A stretch of DNA of 63,220 nt, the filler included, from Sphacelaria rigidula (Eukaryota): assembly GCA_964200075.2 (NCBI GenBank). It is 5 parts of 5 records of this genome, joined end to end, with 100 filler letters (N's around TTAATTAATTAA, not from the genome) between each part and the next. Parts side by side here need not be neighbours in the genome. Positions count along the whole stretch, not along the records: positions 37,997 to 50,558 come from CAXNAA020003623.1; positions 50,659 to 63,220 come from CAXNAA020003624.1; 3 more parts are not named here. One strand, 5' to 3'. The position numbers and the translations under genes are program-made. Positions 38,700-51,540 of this stretch are shown here, in pieces. The first letter of the stretch is position 1, and each line of letters opens with the position of its first letter. The notes under the pieces were generated by a model that was not told the origin of the DNA, made no database searches, and saw nothing but the letters and a program-made list of their open reading frames with translations.

Positions 38700-41600
38700 T
38701 CAGCTTAATCCTGGTATGTAGGACATGGCTCATTATGGTGAAATTTAGCAAGTTGTTTCATATGTTGAGATTTGGTGAGACACTGGCGCTATCTCAAGGG
38801 TTCGGCGGCTCCTGGAAAATTGCGGCGTCTTGCGATCGTGGGCTGAGTTATGTTGCAGGCGCGCGGCGGTGACGCTAGTACCTTCATCGCTGGGATTGGG
38901 CAAAAGCTATCCGCGTCCCATGTGGACAGCAGCGGTGTTCGTTGGTGGTTTGGTGATGTCAAGCGGTTTCCTCGAATTGATGTATTGGTGCGCGTATTGG
39001 AAGTACGTGTGCCCGTTCACGTCTAAACGGGCAGTAATTTGACGAGCTAATGACCTTACGGTGATCATTATGGTATTGAGCAGCACATGGATCGTATCTG
39101 AAAACAACTGCGCGTAGAGGACATGGACGGTCGCGCATTAGTTTTCAATGTTCAAAGAGCTTATGAAATAAATATACTTGCGTGTTTCCGCGTTGGCAGT
39201 AATGCTTCATACGAAGTGTCGTATCACTCACGATGTCACCTTCTATACTCCCTTGATGTCTACCGCACACTAGGCTCAATGCGGACACCCATTTTTCAAC
39301 ATGTCCGCTGTGCGACATCAGTGGAATTGTGTAGTATGTGAAAAGGTGATTCCTCGATAGACACTAGTGGGAGTTTCCCTCTTGTATGTGGTGGTACTCC
39401 CATCACTCCCACCTTTCATGAGTCTCTTCGTACGTTATTTTCAACTTTTTTGCCGGCTAGAGGAGGGGGTGCACACCTTTCACAAATTGTTCACGTGCGT
39501 TGGATCCCCAAGACAACAATCTCTACCGAAAAATTTCCCGTGAGTCTATGGCCTCTGCTTCGCAATCCTCCACCAGTGTTGTGGTCCACCACCATATTCA
39601 AGACTCTTTTGTCCCCACTTTTTTTTGTCGCTTTTTGGTGGGAGCCCGGATTCGAACCCAGGGCCTCGAGTAGATGAAGCGTACGAGTTATTTTATGGTG
39701 TCGCCAATGTGAGAAGGCGATTCCTCGACGGACACTTGTGGGTGGTAGTGCTCACAATAAGGTATATTGATGTGCATCATGTAATTACGGCGGAAGTTCG
39801 GGCCTTCGACGCGCATAGTTCTGAGCAAAATCGATGTCAGAAAAGGATGACAAATGTTTCTTGATTCGACACGAGCTTCTATTTTTGGATATGTTATTGG
39901 CGATCTTGCTCTCAACGATTCATGTTTGGAGTTTTGGGCAGCGTTGCAGTTACGGTCTCCGGGAGCTGGTGGCGGCCTCGAAATACTTACACAACAACGC
40001 CATATTTCACGTCGGAGGTGACAAGACATCGGCCGACGTACGGCTGAGGTTCTTCATATGGCACAGACCAGGGGAATACGCGTTACTGGAGTTCCGGTGG
40101 ATTACGACTTAATCCCAGGCAAAGCGGCGGTGTCGATTATTCCTTTTTCGTATGCATTCACATCGATGATAGTGTTAGCTGAAAGCACACTTCTTCCCAG
40201 CTGCCAGGCGGTATCTATGTGCGATCAGATCCCCAACTTTTGAAAATGTTCGTCGTGTCTGGGGTGCGCGGGGACCGGATGATTCTTCATTGTTCGATTC
40301 GCGAAAAACGCCAGCGTGGGATACGAGATTTAAAGTGTTGGGCTCGGTGATAAATACGGATGCTCCATCCACTCGTTCTCCAATTCGAAAATCGGCAAGT
40401 TTCAAGGCTGTTGGTACGAAAGCCACGGAAGCGCAAGCGTGCACCGGAGCGTGATATTGTTGTCTTCAACTGGCTTTCGGCTGGACGTCTCCTTCGCGAT
40501 ACGCCCGGATAAGGCTTTTTTTCACCGCATCTTGACGTCAGCCGGGATACGACGCCTCTCTTCGTTTCGCGGTGTAACGGAGGATGATTTTCACTCACGA
40601 GCGGAGAAAAAGGTCGCGGGTAGTGATATTGAGGTCAGAATTTCAGTATTACTCAAATCGTCTGGCGCTGATTAATGTTAGACGGGCTGTCATCACGAGG
40701 TTCAGCCTACTTATTTCCGATGTGCCGACTTATCTGAAGCCCGCCAACGTTGTCCCTGTTTTCAGATGCGTCGGGTGCCGCGGTTGAAGTCTACTGCGTA
40801 CAGTCACGTGTGTAATGGCGATATGAGAGGGCCAGCAAGGAACAACGTCGTATTAAGGGCGACTCTGTGCTCTCATGGGACAACTTTTTCATCAACGCAT
40901 TGGAGTAAGTGGGTACGGCCAAGTCGGCATGGAATTCCTTTGCAGCGTTTCATACAGTCAGGAATTAGGGTCGGAGGCCGATTGCGTGTAGTTACGAGGG
41001 GACAACTTGCCGGTTTTATCATGGGTTAATAAATGCCGGAGGGGCAAGGAGCTACGTTCCGGTGCATTGATGCGCATGCTCGGCATTTTGTAAATAACGT
41101 CAGGATGGTTGCATTGAGCAAAGCATACCAGGGGTTTCAAATGATGTCGCAGACGGAATTTCACCATGGCTGGTGATATCTAACTGCTCTAACCTGAGGT
41201 TCAATGGCACATGCAGGACATCGGAGGGTAGGCGAAGCATCTATGTTCATGTGTATTGGCCTCGGGATCGCTCAAAATGCCATTGCGCCACCGTCTGCGA
41301 AAACATCATGAGGAATATTTTGGGTCGTGGATTCAGTTGAGGCGTGAGCTAGGCCTGCCCGTGTGGGTAAGTAATGGGAAAGAGCCAATAAACAGGGTAT
41401 GGTCTGTGATCGAGGGTATCGGGTATGCATATGCAAAGGTAGGGCTACAGTCACATACGGCAGAGTCATTTGGCGCCGACTACATTGCTCGCATAGTGAG
41501 GGGCGTGAAATTGGATATTCAACATTTGTCAGTAAAAACTGCATCGATGCGTATCAGACGTGTATGTACGCTGCTGTGGGAACGCAGCAACGTCACCGAC
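38700..41600 (-). mobile_element. Heavily decayed retroelement pol-like region (possibly Gypsy integrase)
   Basis: Only weak motif echoes (GPNFRRNYMMHINIPYCEH, CAVDIKG..TRKYIYF) with many stops. Confidence 0.3.
39420..39690 (-). mobile_element. Probable further tRNA-derived SINE fragment
   Basis: GGGTTCGAATCC B-box on the minus strand at ~39648-39659 followed by an A-rich stretch; single copy in the window. Confidence 0.45.
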
Positions 41601-41953
41601 GGCCAGTGATATTGTCGGTGCTATTAGATGGAGAGCGTCCATCATGGGGATGGACCCAGGCTATCGTATTTTACTGATGGTATGTGCTTCGTTCTTTCTT
41701 TTGACGACATCCAGATGCGGATTCCGTAACATCTTTTCACTCACTTTATTGCCTACTATACAGAAACGATGTGGCATTTAATGGAGGACAGAAACAGATG
41801 GGAGGTGGGACTGACACATGGCGGATCGAGAGGAAATGCGATGTCGGGCGTCCAAAGGGGATCAGATCCGGATTGGTGTCGAATAGTTACGATGCCGTCG
41901 CTGCCTTAGAGCGAGTGGTGACGTTGGCGGGGTTCCTGCCTTCAGAGCTGGTG

Positions 41954-42016
41954 TTATCTCTGCGGGTTACTAGCACCACGCACTTGGGGGTAACTGGAGG
42001 CTTTCGCGACGACGCT
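41954..42016 (-). CDS. Possible terminal exon of the DCAF8-like gene
   Basis: CTAAC branch-like motif about 30 nt upstream of CTGCAG; phase-0 reading SVVAKASSYPQVRGASNPQR-stop. No recognisable homology. Confidence 0.3.
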   Translation of the reverse strand, partial: SVVAKASSYPQVRGASNPQR

Positions 42017-42490
42017 CTGCAGGTGGTAGCCGGCGGTCGGATGGGTTAGGGGTCACACTGTTTTCGAACAGGTGATCCATAAGCTTTTCCCTACCCTCTC
42101 CCAAAGTGATGGGGTGGGAAGGGCATCAGTGACGAGATTCGACAGGAATTGCAAAAGACACAACCATAAATAAAAACGTGTGCCATCCCGGGAGACAATA
42201 CAAGCACACGGTACAGCAAACATTAGATGACGTCGACAGCAAACATTAGATGACGTCGACACACACGCTTTGACACCTGGAAGGTGTAGAAAAGTAAAAC
42301 CCACAACCACTATGCCATGTATCTGCATGTGTAAGATACACCGAAACACAAGCACAAGCACAAGCACACCAAGAAAAACCAAAGAAAGCACACCAGACTT
42401 CACGAGACCTTACAAGCCATGTGTAGCTTTGGAAACTACAACCACAGGAACACATACACAAGGCATACACAAGATAAATACAGGGCTCAC

Positions 42491-42631
42491 CCCATCGCTT
42501 GTTCCCGCCGCACTTGCACCACCGCCCGCGGCCCCGCTGCCGCGCCCGCCAGCCCCCGCTTGCGTAGCCGTGGCCTCTTCGCACAACTCCATGATCATCC
42601 GATGCAACACCTCGGGGTCCGCTATCCTCAT
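42491..42631 (-). CDS. Probable next exon of the DCAF8-like gene
   Basis: MRIADPEVLHRMIMELCEEATATQAGAGGRGSGAAGGGASAAGTSDG; pyrimidine tract plus GCAG acceptor, GTGAGC donor; 47 codons, phase 0 matches the 50268 donor (7.6-kb TE-filled intron). Confidence 0.62.
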
Positions 42632-43324
42632 CTGCGCATTCGGGGCAGAAAAGCAGGATACGAAAAAATGCGTAGATGTGCGGAGTTTGGACTTGGTTTG
42701 GCGTGGTTTTCGTTCGAAATGGATTGACATCGCACCCCACTTCATGCATGCACTGGCAACTCTTATGAGCGTCGGCAGAATGATCACTGAGTCTGGCAGT
42801 CAATTCAAGATTTACTCATCACGGCCGGTTCGAGATATGGGCACACCTGGGCGACCAACGGGTCAGCACCGTGACACCAATGGCTGCTACAGCGTCCTTC
42901 ACGTGTTGTACATCGTCCTCACTATATACAAACGTGCGTCACTTATCAAGAACGTTGCGCAACAACCAAGCGCGCCGGAAGCTTCGCTCGCGCCATCTTC
43001 CCCTCCCATCTCCGTGCGCTGTTTCCCTCCATCAGTTTTGAACTAAATTCCATGTGTTGTTCTGGGAAGCAACTCAAACATCGAACATTATATTTGACGC
43101 TTGAGCACGCACTACTCAAGAGTACGAGTAACTCAACACAGTTCTTCATTCTTCCCTGCCAGCGTGATGGGTGGGTACAGTGCCTCAAATTCAAAGTAGG
43201 GTATTTGGTCATTTTTTCGTAATTCGCGATTTTCTGGGGGTTTTTCGCTTGCCATCGCTCATCGCATTGGATATCTGAAGACACTGAAGTACTGGGCGCC
43301 TGACTATTTTTGTTCAGTAAGTTC

Positions 43325-43940
43325 TTTTCTCGCGACTACTCTTCGATAGAACTCGAAAGTGCTAGCGTCGGTAGAATTTCGTGAAATCAACAGATCGTGT
43401 TCCCCACGCCAGTGCCCAAGTTAGTGTTGCTTGGTGTACTCGTGTGATACGAGTAGATACCCCGTTTATCAGGAGGGTCTTATTGACGGTGCACCACAGT
43501 TTTTTTGCTCTAATGCAACGAGTAGGTAGAATTTCAAAAACAAAATCCTGTCCATTTCTTCACAAATACGGTCGGGACAGGCTCGATCGACCGTAAATAC
43601 CGAATAGTCAGAATCTGGGCTGACAAGTGTTAGGACCCCAGATGACCGGTCAGCCCGTGAGTCACTCAATATTGAGTACCGATGATTTTTTTCTTGGAAT
43701 GTGGAGCGGATACAAGTACCTTCAGATGCTCAATGTGATGAGCGGTGGCAAGCGAAAGAGCCGAAAAACTGTGTTTCACCGTCAGTATTACGCTCCTGAT
43801 AAACGGGGTATCTACTCGTATCGCTCGATATCACCAACTAACACTAACTTGGGCACTGTGTTTTGAAGACGACCTGTTCATTTTATCAACATTTACCGAC
43901 GCTAGCAGTTTCGAGTTCTATCGGAGAGTAGTACACGAAA
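43325..43940. mobile_element. Foldback MITE, family A (~180-bp inverted arms)
   Basis: 43325-43510 is the reverse complement of 43765-43940 (GAACTCGAAAGTGCTAGCGTCGGT..GATACCCCGTTTATCAGGAG). Other copies: 1-700 (-), 12668-13350, 52540-53000, 58260-58730. Confidence 0.85.
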
Positions 43941-44099
43941 ACCCCCTCAAAACAACCGAAGCTCCCTTGAATTTGAGGTGCTATACGTACGAGAGTACCG
44001 CAACGGACCAGGGCTAAATACACTGCCTCGTGTGGAGAGAAGTTTAGGCAACCACAGCAGCATGGCATGTTTGAATAAATTGATTCAATCACGACTGGT

Positions 44100-45900
44100 A
44101 GTGGTTGATAGAGGGTGATTCAATATTGATGGGGGTGGTACCCCCCGTGATGCGGTGTACGACGCTCTCTCGAAGGGTGGGTGTGGGTTGAACGTCTGGA
44201 ATGTCGATCTACTGGTCGGATATCGACACTTCTTCGATCGTGATTCCTTGGATGAGTATTCCTACCCCTCTCACAGCATTCACTGCATACATCTGGACCG
44301 CAATGCCGATCCTGCTCTGGAGTGTGATGTGATTGCTGTCTCGCTCGGACCGCGGAATCGCGGTGGGGGTGGCGTCAAGAAATGACGGCTAACCCTATCC
44401 CCGTCATATCCACCATACTTTGATTAATGCTCGTCATGACCGGAGCTGGTCTGCTCGTGACCCCTATCCCGTATTTTCGGGATGGGCCATCGTGATGGTT
44501 GTGGCTGTTATCATGGTGCGGGGTATGTGAACTCCTACGGTCGGAACAAAAATCACAAAGCTGGTGGAAGGAGTTGGGACGGTTGTGGGGCGTTTGGTGA
44601 TTGTTGTTGTTGGTTGCGCCCCTTGCCCTCCGCCCCTTTCGCCGTCCCACCGAGGCGACACTGTGGGAGACGCTGGGCGCTGTAGCAGCGAGGACACCGT
44701 CCAGTGACGATCCTACCTTGCTTCTTGACAACTCTAACTCAGCGTACGCAGTTTTTATCGCATGTCCAAAGGTTTCAGTATCAATCTCTGGCATTGCCAA
44801 AAGCATGCTGCACTGCACGTCATTTTCTGATGAAAGTCTAGGAGCAAAATGGCGGTTGGCATCCGCATCCGACACTTTCTACAATACCCCCTCCCCCCAA
44901 ACAAGCTAAAAGCGTCACGAAAAAAATGGCCATACAGCACCTGATGTTCGGGTTCAGGGTGCATGAAGAGCTTCATTTTGGCGACATTGGCCAGAACGAA
45001 CCCAAGCGTGGGAATTCCCAGCTTCTCGTTGTGCTCGGCTTTTCCCATTTAGATTTACGTGAAGATGTCGCCTCCCAAAACCATGCACTTTTTTTTTGGG
45101 GGGGGGCTATCGTACAAAGTGTCATTGGATAAAATAAAAAACCGAAACCCTGTCTCTTGTACCTGATCAGGTTAGCCTTCCGAAGGAAAACCAAAGGTGA
45201 CTCACCCAGGCCCATCTCAAGTGTCTTACCACTCGCCTGCTAGAGACGGGCTCTTGAGTGGCGTGGGGAAAACATTATAGCACTGCACTAAATACTCCCA
45301 CGCCTCGCTTGGGCTCCATACATCGCTAGATGTTTTACTAGCTGCGACATGGTCATCTTCTCGAAAATGATATCCCAGGCTCTCTGAGCCATCTCAACTG
45401 CAACATTGCCGAACTGCCTTCGCAGTACATGCTCCGGCTCGGTGAATCGGCATGTCTGTGAAAAGCGCCTCGTGACACCTCTCCTGGCCGAAGTAAGCAG
45501 TCATCTGAACTTGGAATACACGGAACTTGACCTCAAGGGTTTCCCCTGCCTTTACAGAGCCATCCCGAGGGGGATACTATGATGATTACGTACTCCTACT
45601 ATACTTGCTTGTGCTCTCTGTTGCTCCATGTACTTATCGTGTGCCTATTCTCACCGACAACCCCTGCTAGCTTCGTCAGTATTCAAAGGATTATCCTGTG
45701 CACCATTGCTCTCAAAATGCAGAACATTGTCTCTCTCTCATAACCCGCAATTGTGTCGCGTCTCGCCTGCTGCTTCGCAGCTTCTGTCAACTCTCTTTGC
45801 TTAGCTTCCATCAGCCATAACTTCTCCGTCAACATCTCTATAGTGCCCACTTCCTTTTGGGTAGCGATCTCGCAATCGTCTCTTAGCTTGTTATTGCTTG
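44100..45900 (-). mobile_element. Degenerate LTR-retrotransposon gag relic (Copia-like) in the DCAF8-like intron
   Basis: ..RLSSENDVQCSMLLAMPEIDTETFGHAIKTAYAELE.. gag-like segment, then a basic stretch and a decayed CSECCERG knuckle (~44270); many stops. Confidence 0.5.
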
Positions 45901-46742
45901 TGCCCAATGCTGAATTGTGAGGTCCTTGCTCAAATTGTCTCCCTGATTTTCCACCATGGGGAGTTCACACTGGATCGCTGCACTTGATGCCTTGCGGTCA
46001 GCAAGCACGGTTGTGTTACAGTACAGCAGGACTGCTTTTTCGTGATATTTGGAAGGATGGTGAGCAGAGGGCAGAAGCGGGACTTCGTTGACAACGAGAA
46101 GACATTGACGGTCATCTGCCTTGTTCTATTTCGGTTATTGCGAATTTTATTGAGCCGGTCAATGCGTGAGGGTATGTGACTAACTACATTCAATCGCGAA
46201 CTATTGGTTAACCCTTCGACCGTCAGGGTGGACCATTTGTCGAGTCGGCATCATACATGAGTATAGATCCTGATGACCCATTCTGGCGGTCAAAGGCTCG
46301 AGTAGAAGTCCGTGTACGTGTAGTTCGTCAATGGACGCATCCTTTCAAGGCTGTGTTGTGTAGGGTACGGGTTTCTCTATACCCGGGGTATTTTGTCGGG
46401 TTTTCACTGTACCCGACAGTTCTGTTACGAGCTGGGCCGGCCGCAAAACTGAAATTCCTTCCACCGAACATATCTCAAAAACGGCGGCGAGTTATCGCGA
46501 AGTAAACATATCCCTGTGATGGGGAGATCGCCGCACGTATGCGCGTTCAATTCTTTTTGTGCTCAAGGGTACATGACGGCCTTGAAATATAAGAAGAAGT
46601 CGTGTGCCGAGAACATACTGCGCCAAGTACCGGGCGAGACTGTACAAAAATCCGGCTAGTTTTTGAAAATGCGGCGTGATTTGCTTTGCTCCTGAGGGGT
46701 GTTTGCGTACCACACGCTTGCACATCGCGCATGCTGCCGGAC

Positions 46743-47586
46743 ATGGCATCAAGCTCGCCGGGAGATCAGCGATGGGAGAGGACCTCTGTTCCTGCCATAT
46801 ACTAAAATAGCGCTAAGAAGTCATGGACGTTGAGGCTTCGGTACACAAGACCAAAGAAGCGTCCCGTCCAGTGCATCTCGCGACCATTTGCCTCTCGTGA
46901 GGAAGCGGAGGCAGGCTTGCATTCGTGGCGTCTGAGTTCGGAACTGAAGCATCGCGGGAAGCCCACGGAGGCTAGACGTGTTGAACCTGCCAAGCAAGTA
47001 GCAGGATGTGGATCAGCCGCGTCTGCAAGCACATGGGAACCCACACTCCCGCCAGGTGCGTCGTACTGTCTGTACTTCACGTAACACGGAGTTGATGGCC
47101 AGGCCTCCTTTCGGAACAGTAATATAGCGGCAACAGTACAGTAGTGTATTGGGCTGTACTGGACCTAGGGTGGACTGTACTGTGTTGTGCTGTGCAGTAC
47201 TTCATTGTAGCTGTGTTGTACTGCACTGTAGTGTACTTGACTGTGCTGTGCTGTAACGTGCCGTCCTGTGCTGTACCGTACTGTTGTGTACCGTACCGTA
47301 CTGTGCTGTGCTGTGCTATACCATACTGTACTGTTCTGTACTAATCTCCGCTATGCTATGCCATGCTGCATTGTGGCTGTATTGTATAATGTGCACAGAG
47401 TCGATATTAACGCTCAACCGGGTGCGTCGCTTTGCACGACGCACCCGCGACTTTTGCCGGGCGTACCTCGCGCTCGAGAACGGCGGAGCCATCGAGTCCA
47501 AGGAGCAGATCGAGGGAATGCGGAAAGTCTCAAAGGCACACCGTAACATCATTGACATGGAGCCGGGATTTATCGACAAGCAGTAG
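46743..47586 (+). pseudogene. Spliced transposase relic: exon 46743-47055 (AP2-like DNA-binding fold, one in-frame TAA at 46803) and exon 47399-47586 (transposase-like C-terminus)
   Basis: MASSSPGDQRWERTSVPAIY*NSAKKSWTLRLRYTRPKKRPVQCISRPFASREEAEAGLHSW..; donor CCAG|GTGCGT and acceptor CACAG are both phase 1; ESILTLNRVRRFARRTRDFCRAY..IEGMRKVSKAHRNIID resembles the +RRFARR...+.AY...K.HR end of eukaryotic IS630/DDE_3-like proteins (recalled). Confidence 0.6.
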
Positions 47587-48035
47587 GCTTAGAGTGGGGA
47601 TAGCTATGATGGAAAGAGCGTGCGTCGTCTACCTTGAGATACCACGTTAACGCCTGGCTCTTGTGTTCTAGAGTGAAGCCTTGGTTTAAAAAAGTCTCGT
47701 TGTTCGTATGATATTTTGGTTCAATGACGTCTCACACAGCGGCGAATTCGTTCGCGCTGCATCCATGAATATTGTTCTGGAAGGAGGTCTGACAAGCCAG
47801 GACTTGCAAGGTGTGGCGCACAAAGTACAAAACTTCTGGTGGAGGTGTGGGACTTGTGCATGTCGATACCGCAGATCGAGCAGGTACCCCCATGGTGCGC
47901 AAGCATGAAGATTTGTCATCGTCCCATCCAAGCGGAAATGCCGGCACTCTCCTTGCCGAATATTTGGGCACTTAGCGTACTCAATTTAGTATATTGTCTG
48001 CACAGGTTTTTTTCATATTCTATAGGCACAATATA

Positions 48036-48247
48036 TTTTTTTCCTTTTCTGTTGTTACACTCTGAACCCCTCCCCTTCCTCGGGATGACTCTGTGGTCTC
48101 CAGGGATCAACCCATCTTTCCTGACGTCCCCACGCTTTCGACCGTGAAAATCATATTTCCGAGAGAAAAAAAAGTGGGTTGGGCGGGAATCGAACTCACG
48201 TTCTCTTCACCCTGACGTTGACAGCTTGACCATTAGACCATCGGGGC
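48036..48247 (-). mobile_element. Short SINE sharing head and tail with family 2 but with a different middle
   Basis: Head GCCCCGATGGTCTAATGG..GAGTTCGATTCC and tail GATCCCTGGAGACCACAGAGTCATCCCGAGGAAGGGGAGGGGTT, as in the 51239 and 53681 copies. Confidence 0.82.
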
Positions 48248-50267
48248 ACTTTTTTCACGCGGAAACACTTAAAAGATCATGCCCGATTGAATTTTTCGAA
48301 TTTCGGCGAGAACTTTCGACACCATAGGCACTGCACTCGGGCCTACACTCTATCTAGGATGGCAGACATTCTTGTTGTTTTCTCGCTTACTTGAAGGTAT
48401 TTCAAAATGGCCCAGAATATGAAAATTTTCGACTCTCGGGTTAAAAAAAAAACAGCCACCTCAGTCGCGCGGTCGGCCTCACTGTTTTTTATGCCGTGTC
48501 AAAATTTCACCCCGAAATTCGAAAAATTGAGTCGGGCCTGGCCGATGGATTATTGCCTCAGAGCCTTGGCCGGCCCAGCTCGTAACTTTTTCAGACTTTC
48601 ATACCCCTACCCGATAGTTCTGTAATCTCTGTAAGACTCCCGTACTGTTTCCGAGGGGCACGGGTACGCTCTTCATAAGATACCTGATTGCGGGTACGGT
48701 TTTCTGTGCAACTTCCATACCCTACCCGGCAGTTTCTGTGAGTTTTGAAAGCCTCCCATACCCTTACCCGACAGGTCTGTGAGTTCTGCACAGAATGTTC
48801 ACCCGTACCGCGGGTATGCTCTCGAAGGATACCCGATTGCCGGTACCGGTTTTCTGTGAGCCTTTCGACAGTTATGTGAGCTCTGTTAACCTTCTATACC
48901 TCTACCCAGGATCAGGGTATACCGTTGTAAATATACCCGATCGCAGGTATGAGCACAGGTATATACCTTGGGGAGGTGCGGATATAGGTTCAATCCAAAC
49001 ACAACCTCATGACCTGAACATGTACCTTCCACCGATCAACCCACCCAACTCCTTCATTCAAAACTGCACACTAACAATAATTCAGTGTTGAAAAGTTCTG
49101 TAGTTTGGGATCTGGCGGGATACGAGGTACCGCTGAGTGGAAACACGAAACACGAGCAGCACTGCAGACCGTCAGAATGGATCACCCCCAGACTCGAGTG
49201 GTGGCTCGAGCGGGGACGCTTCATCGTCACCAAGGGATCAAGTAGCAAGAAGCATGTCATCGACGTTGATGGTGGTTGTGTCGCGGTCATCAAACCCCAG
49301 GCCGTTATCGACATGTACAGCACAGAGTATGAGCTGCCACCGAAAGTGGTCAACGCCGTCGGCGATTTTGTCGCATGCCGAAGGGCTTCCAGAGAACGGG
49401 TAGCCGTCGATGCTCCTTCATGTACTCTCTGGGAGTGTACGCGAAGCCGATAGACATTGACGATCCCATGCGCATGTACTACTGCGATTGTTCGTTTAGT
49501 CTTTCTCTATCAACCCCGTGAGGCCGTTCAGAGTTTTCGCCAACTGTCATCTTCTCTATTTCGCCACTGTTGTAGTGACGTAGGTCCCACTACAGGGGTG
49601 ATGATAATACCAAGGGCGTGTGTTGTACGGTACGGTTTTCTGTATATCCGGAGTATTTTGTCGGGTATTTTCCGTACCCGACAGTTCTGTCAACTCTGTC
49701 AGACCTTCATACCCTTACCCGATAGTCCTGTGAGTTCTGTAGGCCTGCCGTACCGTTACCGGGGGGCCACGGGTATGCTCTTGATGAGGTACCCTATTGC
49801 GGGTACGGTTTCCTGTGCAACCGCCATACCCTACCCGACAGTTTCTGTGAGTTCCGTAAGTCTTCCATACCCTTACCCGACAGTTCTGTGAGTTTTGTAC
49901 AAAACCTTTACCCTAACCCGAGGGGCGGATATGCCCTGAAAGAGTTATCCGATTGCCGGTACTGGTTTTGAGCCCCCCATACCGTACCCGACAAGTTCTG
50001 TAATTTGTGTAAGACTTTCATACCGGTACCCGACAAGTTCTGTAAGTTCTGTAAGGAATCTCATACTCTACAGAACGTACCCGTACCTTACAGAACACAA
50101 TCTTTCATCCTTCTGTACACCGGTGCAGGGAATAGGCGGTGAGCTTTCGTGTATAACCTGCGGTCTGCAATGAACACGGCATCAGCCGATAGCACCCGCT
50201 TCCCCATCCTCCGGGCTTCCGCCAACTGAACCCTCATCATCAGTTGGTTCCATTCTCCCATTCTCAC

Positions 50268-50424
50268 CTGAAACGGCGGTCTCCATCCTTCTCGCCTCGT
50301 CAAGGGAGACTTATTATCAGCTATCACCTCGTGCATGGTCTTACCACCCGCCCCGACCAACCTATCAGCTCTCACTGCCTCGCCGCGCGTCGGCCTCCAG
50401 ACCTTGGCCGTCTTGGAAAGGCCG
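50268..50424 (-). CDS. DCAF8/WDR42A-like WD40 protein, exon with the last WD repeat; 5' exons cut off by the scaffold end
   Basis: (S)GLSKTAKVWRPT..MHEVIADNK..PPFQ resembles the DCAF8-family SG+D..+K+W.PT...L..VI..N segment (recalled); TTACAG acceptor, GTGAGA donor. Confidence 0.7.
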
Positions 50425-51238
50425 CTGTAAGAGTTCAAGGATGGAGTGTGTGTGTGTGTGTGTGTGTGTGCGTGCGTGCAGCGGGGACGGGTGGCGAGGG
50501 GTAGACAATATGTGTGTGCGTTGGGGGGGGGGGGTGTACTCATGATCATGCATGCCATNNNNNNNNNNNNNNNNNNNNNNNNNNNNNNNNNNNNNNNNNN
50601 NNTTAATTAATTAANNNNNNNNNNNNNNNNNNNNNNNNNNNNNNNNNNNNNNNNNNNNTTAGTATGATTCCCATTTTATAGGATCCACTGTTTATAGTAA
50701 GTACATGACATGGATTCATGCAGGGGGGGCATCGGCGGGTCCAACAGTAGGGGTTGCCGCAGCCTCCAGCGAATCTCGGCCGCTGGCTGAAGCTGTAGCA
50801 TCTATACCTGTATACACATATATAATATAAAACCAAATGTACCCGATATAGTTTTGCCTGAGAAATGCCAGAATGACTCAAGCCGGCGTTCAATCATTTT
50901 CACGATCTCTGTTGTATGTACAGTATGTGCTGTCGTACGAATGACCAAGCATTCGAAAATTGAAAAGTGAAAACAAAAAGTAGAATCCTTTTGCTTTCTA
51001 TGCGTTTGTGGGGGTAATTTGAAGTGGAAACCCCGCCGAGGCATCACAATTACTTGAATTTAGGGTGCAAGACCGAAAAACAGGAACACATCATTTATGC
51101 AAAATATGCAAAGCATAAAAAGCAAAAGCCTAACAAAAATATGAGAAAGCATAAGAATATGTGAAGGTACAACGATCAAAAATGAATGAACGATACGCTG
51201 CAGAAAAAATAACATCACACAATCAGATAATGCCGCCG

Positions 51239-51540
51239 AGCCCGGTGGTGTAATGGTCCGGCTGTCGCCTTTAGTGTGGAGAGAACGGGGGTTCGATTCC
51301 CGATGCGTTGGGTTTTTCTTCGTGATGTATGAGTTCCACCGTGGAAAGCCTGAGAACGTGAGTAAACAAAGTAGTCGACTGGGATTGTGTGGCGTGAGTT
51401 GACGCGGTGTAGGAGTGCTGGCCCAATCCGCGAGACCAAAATGAAAGGCACGTACCGGGGGAGAGATGGGATGATCCCTTGAGACCACAGACTCATCCCG
51501 AGGAAGGGCAGGGGTTAAAAGTGTGGGGGGGAAAAAAGAA
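51239..51540 (+). mobile_element. tRNA-derived SINE, family 2 (second copy 53681-53976)
   Basis: GCCCGGTGGTGTAATGG A-box, GGTTCGATTCC B-box, ~300-bp body similar between the copies, A-rich tail. Confidence 0.88.

Larger units (their letters stand above)
46428..48582 (+). mobile_element. TA-flanked TIR DNA transposon derivative (TIR CGAGCTGGGCCGGCC) with transposase remnants and a nested SINE
   Basis: TA-CGAGCTGGGCCGGCC..GGCCGGCCCAGCTCG-TA; removal restores the host repeat GTTCTGTTAACT. Confidence 0.9.

Noticed and set aside
42270..43046. Longest ORF in the track (258 aa, +)
   Set aside because: Low-complexity antisense shadow of the minus-strand exon 42491-42631; no recognisable domain.
46428..48582. 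Fanzor/TnpB or IscB cargo in the TA transposon
   Set aside because: No RuvC motifs or DRDxNA(A/S)xN-type C-terminus recognisable in the frames examined.
51239..51310. tRNA genes at A/B-box sites (also 3120-3183, 5045-5106, 48180-48247, 53681-53745)
   Set aside because: No complete cloverleaf evident; each continues into a repeated body, so they are SINE heads.
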